DNA of 64,000 nt from Savitreella phatthalungensis (taxonomy: Eukaryota). Position 1 is the first letter of the stretch. Each line of letters begins with the position of its first letter. The DNA is taken from positions 62,001 through 126,000 of the forward strand of contig AP039699.1 in NCBI GenBank assembly GCA_051599415.1. Reading direction: 5' to 3'. Of this stretch, positions 21,622-34,041 are shown in pieces. The translations under genes were made by a program, and so were the position numbers. Below the pieces are notes generated by a model. It saw only the letters and a program-made list of their open reading frames with translations. It was not told the DNA's origin and made no database searches.

Positions 21622-24600
21622 ATGTCTGTGAGAGCTTCACGAGCAGCAGCTTCCAAAGATGTGTCGTCCAAGTTTGCCGAATTACGTGCGCTTCGAGCGT
21701 CAGGAAAGAAGCGAATAGAGACCTATAGACCGACAGAGGACAGCGACGTTTACGATACCGTGGATGAGGCACAGTATCGCGATCACGTCCGTCAGCGTCT
21801 CGATCAGGATGACTTTGTGGTCGACGACAATGGCCTAGGCTACGCTGACACAGGCGCCGACGATTGGCATCGGCAGGACGATGACAACGATGCAGATTCA
21901 GGCGATGATGCAAATCAAGCCTCAGTACGTGGTGCTCGATCGAGCCGCGCGCATGGCAAGCGCAGCAAGATGGTCGAGCCGGCACCCGAGGAAGAACGTA
22001 TCAGTCGATTTCTGACCAAACGTGTGGTCACCACGGCTCAATCAGGAAAGCCTAGTACAACGATTGAGGAGGACAACGATTTCATGGCTGGTATTCTCGG
22101 TTCCGTTAGCTCGAAAGATACTTCTCGTCGTCCTCGCGAGACTCGCTTGCCCGCTCCCAAGCGCGCAGCTTCTCCTGTCTCAATTAGCCGGCGCCACAAA
22201 CGTGTCGGCTCCATATTGACTGGTGACGCTGCCATCGTAAGCGGCGAGAATCCCAAATTCCTCGCGCCAGAGGAGGCTCCTGACATGGGTGGAGACGGTC
22301 ACTCCATCGACGATCTACCTATGGAAGACCCAGGCTCGTCCCCTACGCCCCATGGTCCACTGAACACTCCGCTCGTCAAACACGAGCACATAGATGATAT
22401 CAAGGAGGAGGACGATGACGAAGAAGAGGGATTTGCAATCAGGCGACCGACAGCCTTCGCAGGGCTACGTGCGGAGGTTAACATCGCCCCTGCCCGTGGA
22501 TCGATTGGGGATGCCGTTCGAGATGCACCGACCACACATCAGACACTTCCGAGCACGGACTCCGATCGGCTGGACTCGTCTTCCTGGATGGACCTCAACA
22601 AGACGCTCGTTGCATCGTCCCCGGGAGGACCACCATCAGGCGCCAAAGTGTCTCTGTCCCAGGTTACCTCGGACGAGAAGGTACACTTCTACTGGATGGA
22701 CTATGCTGAGCTCAATGGAGCGCTTGGTCTGGTCGGCAAGGTCAAGGAGCAGAACACCGGCAAATACATTTCAGCTTTCTGCCGTATCGACGGATTGATG
22801 CGTAATCTCTACTTCCTGCCCCGCGAGACGTTTCGCTCGCGGCCGGACGAAGAGGTAGGCATGGGCGATGTCCACGCCGAGGTATCGCAGCTGATGCGCA
22901 AATTCGGCGTTGGCGAATTCAGGGCAAAGAGCAGTTCCAGAAAGTACGCATTCGAGCTGTCCGATGTTCCCGACGAGTCCGACTACCTCAAGGTCCTCTA
23001 CAGCTACAAGTCTGGGCAGCTTCCGGTCGACTGCTCAGGAGATACTTTCAGTCGTGTGTTTGGTACCAATACAGCGATCTTTGAGCAATTCGTCCTGCAT
23101 CGACGGATCATGGGCCCTTGCTGGCTAGAGATCTCCCGACCAGACTCATCAATGGCACAGAACTCGACGTGGTGCAAAACAGAATTTGGCGTTGCTGATC
23201 CCGAACAGATTGTGACGATACCCGATCTTGCGGCGATAGGCCTGCCGGATGTGCCGCCCATGACCCTCGCTTCAATTGCTATCCGGACCGTGCTGAATAA
23301 GAAGGACAACAAGTCTGAAATTGCTGTGATCTCTGCTCGCATATATCAGGACATCAATATCGAAGACCCAACACCAGCTGATAAGCTGCCATGCCACTCG
23401 CTCACAGTCATGCGCCCTCTGAGGACCGTGTTCCCACATGGATTCGAGCAGATTGCGAAGAAGCAGGGTATTGTGCTCGAACGCAGCGAAGCCGCTATGC
23501 TAAATTATTTCATGGCGATGTGGCAACGTTTCGACCCGGATATTATCCTTGGCCACGATTGGGAGAGTCAGCATTACACGACTCTGCTTGCCAGACTACG
23601 CGAGCGCAAGGTCGCCAATTGGCACCGTATCGGCCGACTCAAGCGCACAGATTGGCCTCGCACAATGGGCCGCGCAGGTTTTTTCGCAGAACGCGCCTTG
23701 GCTTGCGGCCGACTCATGTGTGATTTGTCTAATGACTTGGGCAAGTCATTGATCCGGGCACAAGCCTGGTCTCTGACCGAGATCTGCAAGCTCGAGCTGG
23801 ATGTGACGCGATCAGAGATGGACGCAGAGCGAGCGATGCAAAGCTGGACCGAAACTTCACAAGGCATGCTTGACTACGTGATGCATGCAGTCACTGATAC
23901 TTTCTTTCAAGCCGCCATCGCTGTGCGAGTTCAAATCCTGCCTCTCTCCCGCCAATTGACTACGTTGGCAGGTAACTCCTGGGCGGCAACGCTTGGTGGC
24001 ACACGGGCTCAACGCAACGAGTTTATTCTTCTTCACGAGTTCTCCAAGAACAAGTACATCTGTCCTGACAAGCTCTGGAATAAGCCAAAAGACAACATTC
24101 CTGCTAGTGGTGAAGACGACGAGCTTGACCCCGAGACATCTCACAATAGTAAAAAGAAGGACAAGTACAAAGGCGGTCTCGTTTTTGAGCCGGAGCGCGG
24201 TCTCTACGATCGTTTCATTCTCGTCATGGACTTCAACTCGCTCTACCCCTCGATCATCCAGGAGTACAATATCTGCTTCACCACGGTCGAACGGATGCAG
24301 GGTGATGCTGCGCAGATCAGTCCTGCGAAGCCGGCCTCGGATGCAGTCGAGCTCGAGGAAGTCGTGCCAGAACTCCCAAGCCGGGACACCCCTCAAGGCA
24401 TCCTGCCTCGGATCATCGCGACCTTGGTCGGCAGACGTCGCCAGGTCAAACAGTTGATGAAAAACGAGTCTGCCTCTCCCATCCAGCTAGCTCAGTGGGA
24501 CATCCGGCAGCAGGCGCTCAAACTGACTGCCAACTCGATGTATGGTTGCCTGGGCTACACAAAATCTCGATTCTACGCCCGGCCACTTGCTATGCTGACG

Positions 24601-26061
24601 ACCTTCAAGGGACGCGAGGCTCTGACAAGCACGAAAGAGCTTGCGGACGAGCTTGGATTACGCGTCATCTATGGCGACACAGATTCTGTCATGATCAACA
24701 CTGGCGTAGACAACTACCTCGAGGCTATGAAGATCGGTCAAGACTTCAAGCGGCAGGTCAACGAGCGCTACCGACTGCTTGAGATCGATATTGACAACGT
24801 CTTCCAGCGGATGCTCCTACATGCGAAGAAGAAATATGCTGCGCTTGTGCTTACTCAAGGCGAAGGTGGCAAGCTCAATTCAAAAATGGAGGTCAAAGGT
24901 TTGGACATGAAGCGTCGTGAATACTGTGCTCTTGCCAAGGAAGCGTCGCAGTACTGCCTGGACGAGATCTTGTCCGGCGAGCACACGGATGCCGTGGTCG
25001 AACGCATTCATGAATACCTGAGGGGCTTGTCGGTAAAAGCACGGAGTGGCGAAATCCCGAAGCACAAGTTCATCATTCTCAATCGTTTGGGCAAAGAACC
25101 AGACTCATATCCGCAAGCGAAAACAATGCCACACGTCCAAGTGGCGTTGAAGCGGAGAGCGAAGGGCGAAGTTGTCCGAGTGGGCGATGTCATGCAATAC
25201 ATCATCACGGGCTCTGCAGCAGATTCGACGCACGTCGCTGATCGGGCGTACCCTGCGGCGGACGTCACACGGACCGATTCGAAGCTCGAGATTGACTTTG
25301 ATTACTATTTGGCGAATCAGATCCTGCCGCCGATCGAGCGACTGTGTGCACCGATAGAAGGGACTGACAGGATGCGGATCGCAGAGTGCCTTGGACTAGA
25401 TTCGAGCAAGTATCGGGTCCACTCGATCGGCAACCAGGCCGGTATGGGCAGCTCAGCCTTGTATGATATGCAGGCACTCGAAGCGACGATCCCGGACTCT
25501 GAGAGATTTGCTTCATGCCAGCCGCTCGTGCTGCGATGCCGTGCATGCACAAAGCACTCGCTGTACCGTGGGCCGACTGCATCATTGGCGATGTTGACCT
25601 CTGCGGGGATCCAATGCAGCCATTGTTCGTCGGTGATGCCTCAGCTGAGCGTGAATGCACAGTTGCACGCACAAGTACATGCGCTCATCGCCCAGTACTA
25701 CCAGTCATGGCTGGAATGTGATGATCCTGGGTGTCGAGCGCGTTCGCAAGCGTGCGGCGTGTACGGCCGAAGGTGCCCTCATCAGTCGGACAAAGGCTGC
25801 AGAGGACAGATGGGATACAGCTTCGATGACAAGGCACTATACACTCAGCTGCTGTACTTCGATCAACTGTTCGACCTGGTCAAAGCTCGGCAGCAAGCAC
25901 AAGGCAAAGCGCTAAGCGAGACGGATCTGGAGAAGCTGCGCGCTTTGGCTGATATGAACGCAATCAGATTTGATGCATCGCGCCAAGTGGTCAACGGATT
26001 TCTGCGACGTTGCGGTAGGCGATACGTCGATCTAGCCTCTGTCTTTGCATTCTGTGCATAA
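21622..26061 (+). CDS. POL1: DNA polymerase alpha catalytic subunit
   Basis: DDFVVDDNGLGY; family-B motifs MDFNSLYPSIIQEYNICF, KLTANSMYGCLG and YGDTDS; C-terminal zinc fingers. Confidence 0.99.
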   Translation: MSVRASRAAASKDVSSKFAELRALRASGKKRIETYRPTEDSDVYDTVDEAQYRDHVRQRLDQDDFVVDDNGLGYADTGADDWHRQDDDNDADSGDDANQASVRGARSSRAHGKRSKMVEPAPEEERISRFLTKRVVTTAQSGKPSTTIEEDNDFMAGILGSVSSKDTSRRPRETRLPAPKRAASPVSISRRHKRVGSILTGDAAIVSGENPKFLAPEEAPDMGGDGHSIDDLPMEDPGSSPTPHGPLNTPLVKHEHIDDIKEEDDDEEEGFAIRRPTAFAGLRAEVNIAPARGSIGDAVRDAPTTHQTLPSTDSDRLDSSSWMDLNKTLVASSPGGPPSGAKVSLSQVTSDEKVHFYWMDYAELNGALGLVGKVKEQNTGKYISAFCRIDGLMRNLYFLPRETFRSRPDEEVGMGDVHAEVSQLMRKFGVGEFRAKSSSRKYAFELSDVPDESDYLKVLYSYKSGQLPVDCSGDTFSRVFGTNTAIFEQFVLHRRIMGPCWLEISRPDSSMAQNSTWCKTEFGVADPEQIVTIPDLAAIGLPDVPPMTLASIAIRTVLNKKDNKSEIAVISARIYQDINIEDPTPADKLPCHSLTVMRPLRTVFPHGFEQIAKKQGIVLERSEAAMLNYFMAMWQRFDPDIILGHDWESQHYTTLLARLRERKVANWHRIGRLKRTDWPRTMGRAGFFAERALACGRLMCDLSNDLGKSLIRAQAWSLTEICKLELDVTRSEMDAERAMQSWTETSQGMLDYVMHAVTDTFFQAAIAVRVQILPLSRQLTTLAGNSWAATLGGTRAQRNEFILLHEFSKNKYICPDKLWNKPKDNIPASGEDDELDPETSHNSKKKDKYKGGLVFEPERGLYDRFILVMDFNSLYPSIIQEYNICFTTVERMQGDAAQISPAKPASDAVELEEVVPELPSRDTPQGILPRIIATLVGRRRQVKQLMKNESASPIQLAQWDIRQQALKLTANSMYGCLGYTKSRFYARPLAMLTTFKGREALTSTKELADELGLRVIYGDTDSVMINTGVDNYLEAMKIGQDFKRQVNERYRLLEIDIDNVFQRMLLHAKKKYAALVLTQGEGGKLNSKMEVKGLDMKRREYCALAKEASQYCLDEILSGEHTDAVVERIHEYLRGLSVKARSGEIPKHKFIILNRLGKEPDSYPQAKTMPHVQVALKRRAKGEVVRVGDVMQYIITGSAADSTHVADRAYPAADVTRTDSKLEIDFDYYLANQILPPIERLCAPIEGTDRMRIAECLGLDSSKYRVHSIGNQAGMGSSALYDMQALEATIPDSERFASCQPLVLRCRACTKHSLYRGPTASLAMLTSAGIQCSHCSSVMPQLSVNAQLHAQVHALIAQYYQSWLECDDPGCRARSQACGVYGRRCPHQSDKGCRGQMGYSFDDKALYTQLLYFDQLFDLVKARQQAQGKALSETDLEKLRALADMNAIRFDASRQVVNGFLRRCGRRYVDLASVFAFCA

Positions 26062-27842
26062 GGCAAAGGGCAATTGCTCGACGGCAGCGGCATCTGTATT
26101 GAGTATAGAGTGTCCGGCACAGGCTAGATGTCATGAGATGGCAATTCCGTAGGATTATGTTTCATGGGAGACCCTTCGCCCTCAAGTCCGATCGGGAGAC
26201 CAGCAACAACCGAAGTAGTCGGGGTCATGGTCATAGCATCTCTTTCGATGTGCGTGCGAGCGAGCATCGATCGATACCTATATATGTCCATGCATATGAT
26301 CCGTATTGATTGCCAATCACATTTTCACATGCCGGTGTTGACATTTCTCTAGAGGCGTTCGGGGTGAGAGCCTAGCGATTCAAGGCTCGAGCATTTCACT
26401 CTTGGCCAGCCAGATCATCCAAAGTGGAAGAATGTGGGGGATCTGATGCATTTGTGGCTCTGGAACCAGTACGGGTCGAAGTGTTTTAGAGTTCGGTTAA
26501 AAGACGTCATACCTGCATGTACCCGCCTAGCGTGGCATCTGTGCATCGGAGACTATTTTTAGAGATTCTTACTGCCAGACTGCAGACTCAATAAAATACT
26601 AGGAGTCATCTGACTCTTTGAGAGGAATCTTCTCGAATTCGGTGATTCAACCAAATTATGTCCTCTTCTGAAAGTGATTCAGCCTTACAGAGTGTTTTAA
26701 TGATCGCCAGTTGACGGTTTCCTGGTACAGGTTGTTGATTGGACGCCTTGAAGAGGGAAAATGAGAAAAATTTTCATTCAGAACCAAAACAGGTCAATCG
26801 TTCCAGAATTTGGATTTCTTCTTTCTTTCGATCCTATCTAAATACAGCCAAACAATATCGATTCCTAGTAAAATTTAACATTGACAGATTTTAGATTTCA
26901 GATTATCAATTCAGCCACCTGTCTGTGCATGTGAAAACGTTCAAACGTACAACCAACCGAGTTCGGTTACAGTTTGACGGGTTTGACTCCATTCAGCTTC
27001 ATATGTCTCTATCAACTCGAAACCTTGCATGCATCCTGAAGCTGATCCAGCACAGGACAAGTCAAGTCAAGTCAGGTCGTGACTTGACTTCGATTCAGGT
27101 TGCAGCACCGCCAGATTCTCATCTGCGCACTGTTCTGAGACTGAACTCGCCAAGAGGAAATTCAATCTGTGTTCTGTCAAAAAGGTTGCAGAGATCCGAA
27201 CGTCCGCTCGCCTAAATTGGTGACTCCGAACGGTTGGGAGAATTGAAACAGTTCAGAGGCAAAAGACAAACAGCTAGAAACCCAGGCTGAAAATTCGGTA
27301 GACTGCTTCTAGTCACAAACGTAAATGCGCACGTACCATCCTTCCAACCGCACGCTCCATTGTCTGCGGTTCCAAGACGTGAACGCGACGCGACAGAGCG
27401 AAGAAGCAATTCAAGACCTTCCCAACTTTCGACATTCATCACGGATCTTCAACGGGAAGACGCACTGACCCTCGCACATACTCGCGCGTGCGCACATACC
27501 CACACACTCTCTCTCTTCCTCTCATCCTTACACACGCGCCAGCTCAAGTCGACACGGAGGACATAGCACGCATTTTTTAAGAGTTTGCAAAACGAGAATC
27601 GCATTTGTGGTCAAGCTTGATTTCCGACATTCAGCTCCTGTCCAGGCTGCTCCCGGCTCCAAGTCTTGCCTCTGACAGATTGCTCGACTCTCCAACTGGT
27701 AGAATCTCCGGTCTTGACGACGCCAATCTACTCCACTCACAAGGGCCGAGAAGAAGCGCATCTATTGGCCTCTCGATTGCTGATACACGCTCATTACCAG
27801 CCTCACCCGAACCTTTCCACCGTTTCAATACCTGACATTGTC

Positions 27843-29204
27843 ATGCAGAGCGATCTGATGCGCGAGGTCAAGACACCGCCGCCTCCGAGCAGTCCCGTCC
27901 TGAGACAGAACCCAACACCCAAGACGCCAGAAGTCTTCAGACGGACCCTAGGTGCGGCAGCACCGATCGATGCACCAAGATCCAGGCAATTCATGTCTGT
28001 ACCATCTGCGGAGCCTGTGGAGGAAACATGGTCGCCCATAAGCGAGAGCGAAATCGATGCGCTGGCAGGTCCCGACGCTCGTGCCAAGCTCAAGCTCGTG
28101 CAGCGCAGTCTGCGTGCAGAGCGTGCACAAACAAGCTCGCAAGCTCGGCGCGCTGCTCACTGGAGGCTTCAGTACAACATGCTTTTCGCGGAACATACCT
28201 TTCAGCACGATCGATCGGCCGTACAAGCATCTCTGACGGACCAGGAGCGGTCGCTACTCGTCCAGCGGCACGATCGCGCGCTCTCGGAGCTCGATGATAT
28301 GCGACGTCGTCACCGCAAGGCCAAGCGAAAGTGTCTCGAGCTGGCAGGTGACGTCGAACGTTTGGCCACGTGTATCGACCACTTACAACGGCAGATCAAC
28401 GATCGCGCTGATACAACACCCCGCTCTACCTCTCGCACACTCGAGGAGGAAGAGACAGACGACGACGACTCGCTCGACCACAAATCTCGATCGCCACCTT
28501 TTAATTCAGCCACACTCGAGTCAAGGACAAGAGATCCAATTGATCCTGTCAGACCGGCCATTCCATACGGCAGGCTGCGTCGCCTGTCCGCTCTCGAGGC
28601 ATCCGCTCCGTCCTCCGGGCCACGCTCAGCTAGGTCGGAATCAGTCCTTCACTCGGGAGTATTCTCGCCACATTCGTCACCGCCACAATCTGTCCCACCT
28701 CTGAACATGCACAGCGGCGGACCACAGCACCAAACGAACGACCGCGGAGACGTCTTTGGAGGGCCGCTGCCATCAGCGAGCACGTCACATGCATGGCCGA
28801 CTTCTGCTACTGGGGCGATCGATGATGTGGACGGCGTGACAGGTCCAGGCAGGCGAGCGAGGCCAGCCGACCGACGGGCTCGTGCATCCGGAACGCTTGA
28901 CAATGGTGGCCTACTTGCACTTTCGGACGCTGCCGTTGCTGAACTCGCGGCCGCCAGCTCACGTGGATCAGTCACATCTTCTGACTCGTGTGCATCCCCA
29001 GACAGTAGCAGGGACATCTCGCTATCGCCACCTGTTTCACAGCCTATCGCCGTTGGATCCCATGAGCTCGCGAACGCTACCCATCACGAAGCGTCCGTGA
29101 AGCGACAGTCGCCAACGGAGGATGCAGCAGCTTCAGACATTAGCAATGATGACGTGCGACAAGCCAAACGGCCGCGTCCTAAAAGAATGGCAAACGCAAT
29201 CTAA
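27843..29204 (+). CDS. Hypothetical coiled-coil/disordered protein
   Basis: Long open frame (from 27666, first ATG at 27843); coiled coil with AAHWRLQYNML, Ser/Pro-rich tail and a C-terminal basic NLS-like KRPRPKR. Confidence 0.65.
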   Translation: MQSDLMREVKTPPPPSSPVLRQNPTPKTPEVFRRTLGAAAPIDAPRSRQFMSVPSAEPVEETWSPISESEIDALAGPDARAKLKLVQRSLRAERAQTSSQARRAAHWRLQYNMLFAEHTFQHDRSAVQASLTDQERSLLVQRHDRALSELDDMRRRHRKAKRKCLELAGDVERLATCIDHLQRQINDRADTTPRSTSRTLEEEETDDDDSLDHKSRSPPFNSATLESRTRDPIDPVRPAIPYGRLRRLSALEASAPSSGPRSARSESVLHSGVFSPHSSPPQSVPPLNMHSGGPQHQTNDRGDVFGGPLPSASTSHAWPTSATGAIDDVDGVTGPGRRARPADRRARASGTLDNGGLLALSDAAVAELAAASSRGSVTSSDSCASPDSSRDISLSPPVSQPIAVGSHELANATHHEASVKRQSPTEDAAASDISNDDVRQAKRPRPKRMANAI

Positions 29205-29328
29205 TGAATGTAATGATCTAGTGTGAATGCGTGGACATTGCTGACTCGTAATCCTGCTTCCGCACGGGACATTCCCCGAGTTAGTCGCGAACGAGTGCCA
29301 CTTCAGTAGCGATGGCGGAAGGTGCTCG

Positions 29329-32300
29329 TCATGTGGCATCCGCTGAGCATGGTGGTGCTTCATCAGCAGCATCATTCTCTTGAAAGAGTCGACGAGCCGT
29401 GCGATCGTTGAGTGATTGATCGAGCAACCAATTCTCACCTCCGCGCGCAAGGCGCTCAATGCTCGTACTCTCGCAAACCCGGCGTACACGTTCGACAATG
29501 ATCTCTGGAATGTAAATTCGGGTCGGCTCTTCGCCACCTATTTCATGCTCGCCGCTCGTTTCCTCGCGATGCAGCACTTCGAACTCGGTGGAATGAGCGT
29601 TCGTAAGCTCGTCGAGAGCGCCCTGCACTTGATGTTTGGCTTGTGGCACACGCTGATAGATTCTATCGAGCATGCCGAGCTGCAAATGCAACACATCGGT
29701 CGCTTCGGCAAAGGTGAGTTGTTCGGCATCCGTACGAACGCGTTTCTGTAGAGCTTCGTTGCTTGGGTGGTTGACTGCCGATCTTTTGCGCGATGTCAGA
29801 GGTGTGGCGAGACCGCCATTGAATGTTGCAGGATCAGAATTGGCGGTGCCATCGAAGCACGGAGTGCGTGGCGGCTCAGCATGATCCGCAGGGTCATCTG
29901 CACGCCTGAACGTTGCTGGTACAGGCTCATCATCTGCCACAGGTTGTCCGAGATCATGAATGTTGCTGTCGAGGCCCGAGTCTTCTTCCGGGTCCAATTC
30001 GCTTATGGCATTCGGACTCGTAGCCACTGTGCCCGTAGACGGTCGCAGATCCCTTGTTCCCGGAGGATCAAGCTCCGCTCTGTCATCAGACATCAATCTT
30101 GTTTGTGAATGCTTGCGCGCAGTCTGTGCTGCTTGAGAAGCATCTTGTGCGAGCCAGTGTACCGTTTCGTCCCTGTTCCTATCGTGCTCATCTCCTGGAC
30201 CCTGGTCATCAGGTGCGCGCGCGATCGGCACTGGCGCATCTGTGTCATCTGCATCACTGACTACATCGTCAACAAGATTTTCTTCCACGCCGAGCGGGTC
30301 GCCATCCTCTTGGGATATCAACATCTCATGCGCAATTTGCTCGTAATATTCGTCTGAAATGATTGTGGCGTTGAAGACTAGGCTGTACTCGACAGGCATC
30401 TTGACAATGCCATTCTGGTCGAGCCAGAAATCAACCTGATCGCGTGGCTGTTGCCATATTGCCCCCAGAAAGTTTTTGAATGTCTTGTCGACTTTTAGGA
30501 ACGTCGTGACCTCGTCAAAGAGCTTCTGCTTCTTGTCGATCTCGCGTACATCAGTACTGACTGCGTTGACAGCACAGGGCTCAGCTTGAATGAATAAAGA
30601 GAATGCTTCTCTTGCACTCAGCGTGTGCATAGCGTATGCATTGGGACACTCACGCTGGAGACTGACGCCAGTATCCAGGTTGATTGAAAGCGACTGGCTG
30701 ATTCGTTCCACCTGATAGACCTCCGCGCGGCTGAGCATACTCGCTAGACGCACGCTGACTTTGGCTGTATCGTTGACGTAGATCCAGCGACATATATCCT
30801 CGGCGTGACGCTGCAACGACTGCGTAAGCCTGACATTAGAGACTGGCTGGCCGCTGAAGGACTTAGTGCGCTGAACAACATCAGCGAGCGAGATGACAGG
30901 TTGTTCGGCCAATCGATAAAGGCTTTTGCGCAGCGGCAATTGAGACGGCTCTATTGCTAGCAATCGAAGGTCTTTGACGAAAACCTGCGCCGCTACGACG
31001 TCATCTGCAATGAAACAGCGCCCGTCGTTAGCTGTGCACATGTATTCTCCCGAGCTACCACGCAAAATATAGATCGGCAACTCGTCTAGCACAGCTTTAT
31101 AGCTCGCCGAGGTCTCGTCCGTAATCCTGCGAGACATCTCATCGAGAATCTCGTTGACCAGACAGACATCAGAGTCCTCAATGGGCTGAAGTCCAGGTAC
31201 AGGATTTGGCAGAATGCTCCGAAGTAGAGAATGGCAGTTGACAGGGCTGAGATTGTCGATCTCGAGCATGTTGGCGAAAAGGCGTCTACGATCGGGGTAG
31301 TGGTTCTTCAGAATCAGACCACAGCGCGACAAGAATCGCTGCTTTGTTTCGATATAGCGGAAGCATGGGAGCTGGAGGCTGCAATCCCAGAATACCGATT
31401 CTTCCGTATGTGCTAGGCGTTGCCAGCGACCGGAAGCTGGGTTGTAAATCAACTTGTTGTCGTGCATCTCCTGTCTGAGACGATTACAATCAAGTTCACT
31501 CGTGTAGGCCTCGAGCTTCTTATAGATGCGAGCGATTGCGGGCAGGTCCGTAGAAGCCGCTTCAGATAGCTTGCCTAATGTCTTGAGGTAATGGGACTGG
31601 TTTTGAGTGGTTGTCACGCCAAAGTGCTCAAGGAGACTGCGATATTGTCGCACGCGGCCTGCAGGGCAGACAACGTATGGTAGCTCGCAATCTCGAAGAT
31701 CCTCGGTCTGCAGATAAACTTGCTTCAGGGGTAAAAGCTGACCGTCGCTGCAAACGACGTGCAGCTCCTGCATGGCGTTGACGAAGCTGTGGTTGCTCAG
31801 CCAGTCTTTCACCAAATGTCGGCCGGCGTGGAGTTCCGCGGCCATGTAGGAGATGAATGCATCCGCTGTCGTTGTGTCGCGGGTCATGTGCTTAAGATCA
31901 GCAGGAAGGGTACCACCGACGATCGTCGGTCCGATCTTTGCACCATGCTTAAGAAGGAAATGTGTTGTTGTCTCAGATTCTAGATACGCCTTGTGAATGC
32001 AATGCGAACCACTCTTGCCAAGGGCTGGCTCAAGCATACCCGTCTGGTCGATGTATACGGCCGGCAAAGGAACAAGGGTATCTTTTGTAGTCATCACGCG
32101 ATAATCTTGTGGCCATGCTGGAATAGCGGATTCGTTGCCAGGTATAATGCGTTCAAGCCAGCACTGATGCCTGAGCAAATCAGTGATTTCTCGCGTGAAG
32201 CTTGGTCGGCGATGGATCGCTAGCAACACATCTGCGACCGTGATGCTTGTTGCTCGCCTCACTGCCAGTGTTGATGACAAGAACTTGTCTATGTCATCAG

Positions 32301-34041
32301 CGCGCTGATGCAGCTCCTTGGGAACGAAGAGAACATTTCTGTCGAGGTTTTCAAATTCCTTCTGCGCCGCGGCGTCCTGACTGGTCAATAGCAGTCTCGG
32401 GTGTCTGTACTGGCAAAGACGGAGAGATTTCTCATCTTTTGGGGTACATGACGGACCCGCTGGAATGCAGCAGAGATCCTTGAGCTGTTCAGCCTTGACT
32501 TTGACTGATAGAAAGGCTTTCAGAAGCACTTTGAACCATCCTAGGCCTGGCGACTGAAGCTTGCCTTCGAATTCCTCTCGACTCATTGCACCTAAGCCTT
32601 GAAGAAGTTGCGAAGGCTTAAGTGGCATACAGTCGAGACATCTCAGCGCATTGGTATCGACGTCTTTGTAGCTAGAGCTTGCAACATAAAGATGAGGAGT
32701 ACGAATGATCGGTTCATTCTGAAAGATGAATTCTCGGCGCAGGGATACGCAATCGCGGCCTCTCTGTAGGTCGCCGTCTGTGTCAATGACACAACGCATT
32801 TGGCGCATCAGCTCTACTAGCTTCTGGGCAACAGGTCGTAAGGTGTCGTCGAACCCAACAATGCGACGAGCAGCATTATCGCTTCCTGGTAGCCACCGAA
32901 GGCAAGAGAACCGCAACGGGCTGGAGGACTCGACTATCGCCATCAGACTCTCGGCAATGAGTCGCGGGAGCTGGTCAAGCAGAAGCTTGTTCCATGGCAG
33001 ATCCTTTTTGAAGTCTTCTCGATTAGTCGACGTGACGAAGTCGGCATGGATGACAAAGCGGAATCCACTGAACCTCATGGGCAGGAAAGCGAACAGGTAA
33101 TGGGAAGATCCCTTGAAAGCATCTTCTGGTTCAAGTCTCTTGCCCTCGCTGCGACAGGGAAACGCGATTTTGATGACCGTCGATGTCTGTCCGGGTCGCG
33201 CTTCTGTTTGTGCTTTACGCATGTCAAGCTGGTGCTCGAATAGCACGAAGGGCTGTTCGTGTTGAGTGGCATTGTTGCCGGGTTGAATATGCTTGCTGAC
33301 GAGTTTGAAAAAGCTCAAGTTCTCTTTTTGAACTGGATCGCACGAGAATCGCTTGCGTGTTCCCTGCTCGCCTATGACGTGTATGAGCTTGAGACGACGA
33401 AGGAAGAGCAGCATCTGAGGATGCAGATCCCAGGCCCAGTCAAGCATATTGGTTTTTTGATCGTCGTCGATGCGTTTCTCGTCAAACTCAAGGACCATGA
33501 CAGTCTTGGATTTGTCCGGCAAGTCAATGGGGAATGATTCGCTATGGGGTCAGTCCTCTCTGAGAATTCGAGGCGAGACCATGCCAAGCGTTCCAGGCTC
33601 ATCGTTGAGGGAGAAGCAATAATAGTCACTGAAGATGCTCACCGTCTTGAACACACTAAAACAGGCCTTGAAGCCAAGACCTTTCTCGCCGATCTGCTCC
33701 GCGTTTTGAGTCTTGGAGGACATGGCCACGTTGCAAATGGCACGGACATTAGCTTCTGTAAAGCCGAGCTGATTTCCTGAGAGGACGACGAAAAGTGGGT
33801 TGGAAATGTCGATGACGAGCTCAGCTTTTTCGAGAGAGTTTGTGTTATACTGTGCATCATCTGCATTCTGGATGAGTTCGAAGAGCAACTTGTGATTCTC
33901 TGTCGTTTGAGTAGCGATATGGTCAAGAGTCCTTGCAAGCGCTTGAGTGCGAGGATCGTCCTCATCGCCAGCCCATTGTGACTTGATGTCCTGCAGAACG
34001 GCTCTTCGCTGAGCTCTTATGACATCCAGAGGATCAGACAT
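29329..34041 (-). pseudogene. Sacsin/NO VEIN-like GHKL ATPase with one in-frame TGA at 33552-33550 (pseudogene, readthrough gene or sequencing error)
   Basis: ELIQNADDA, GFTEANVRAIC and IGEKGLGFKACF lie before the stop; LLFLRRL and FAFLP...FVIHADFVTSTNRE...WN lie after it; both ORFs share one frame (1570 codons, stop at codon 164). Confidence 0.75.
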
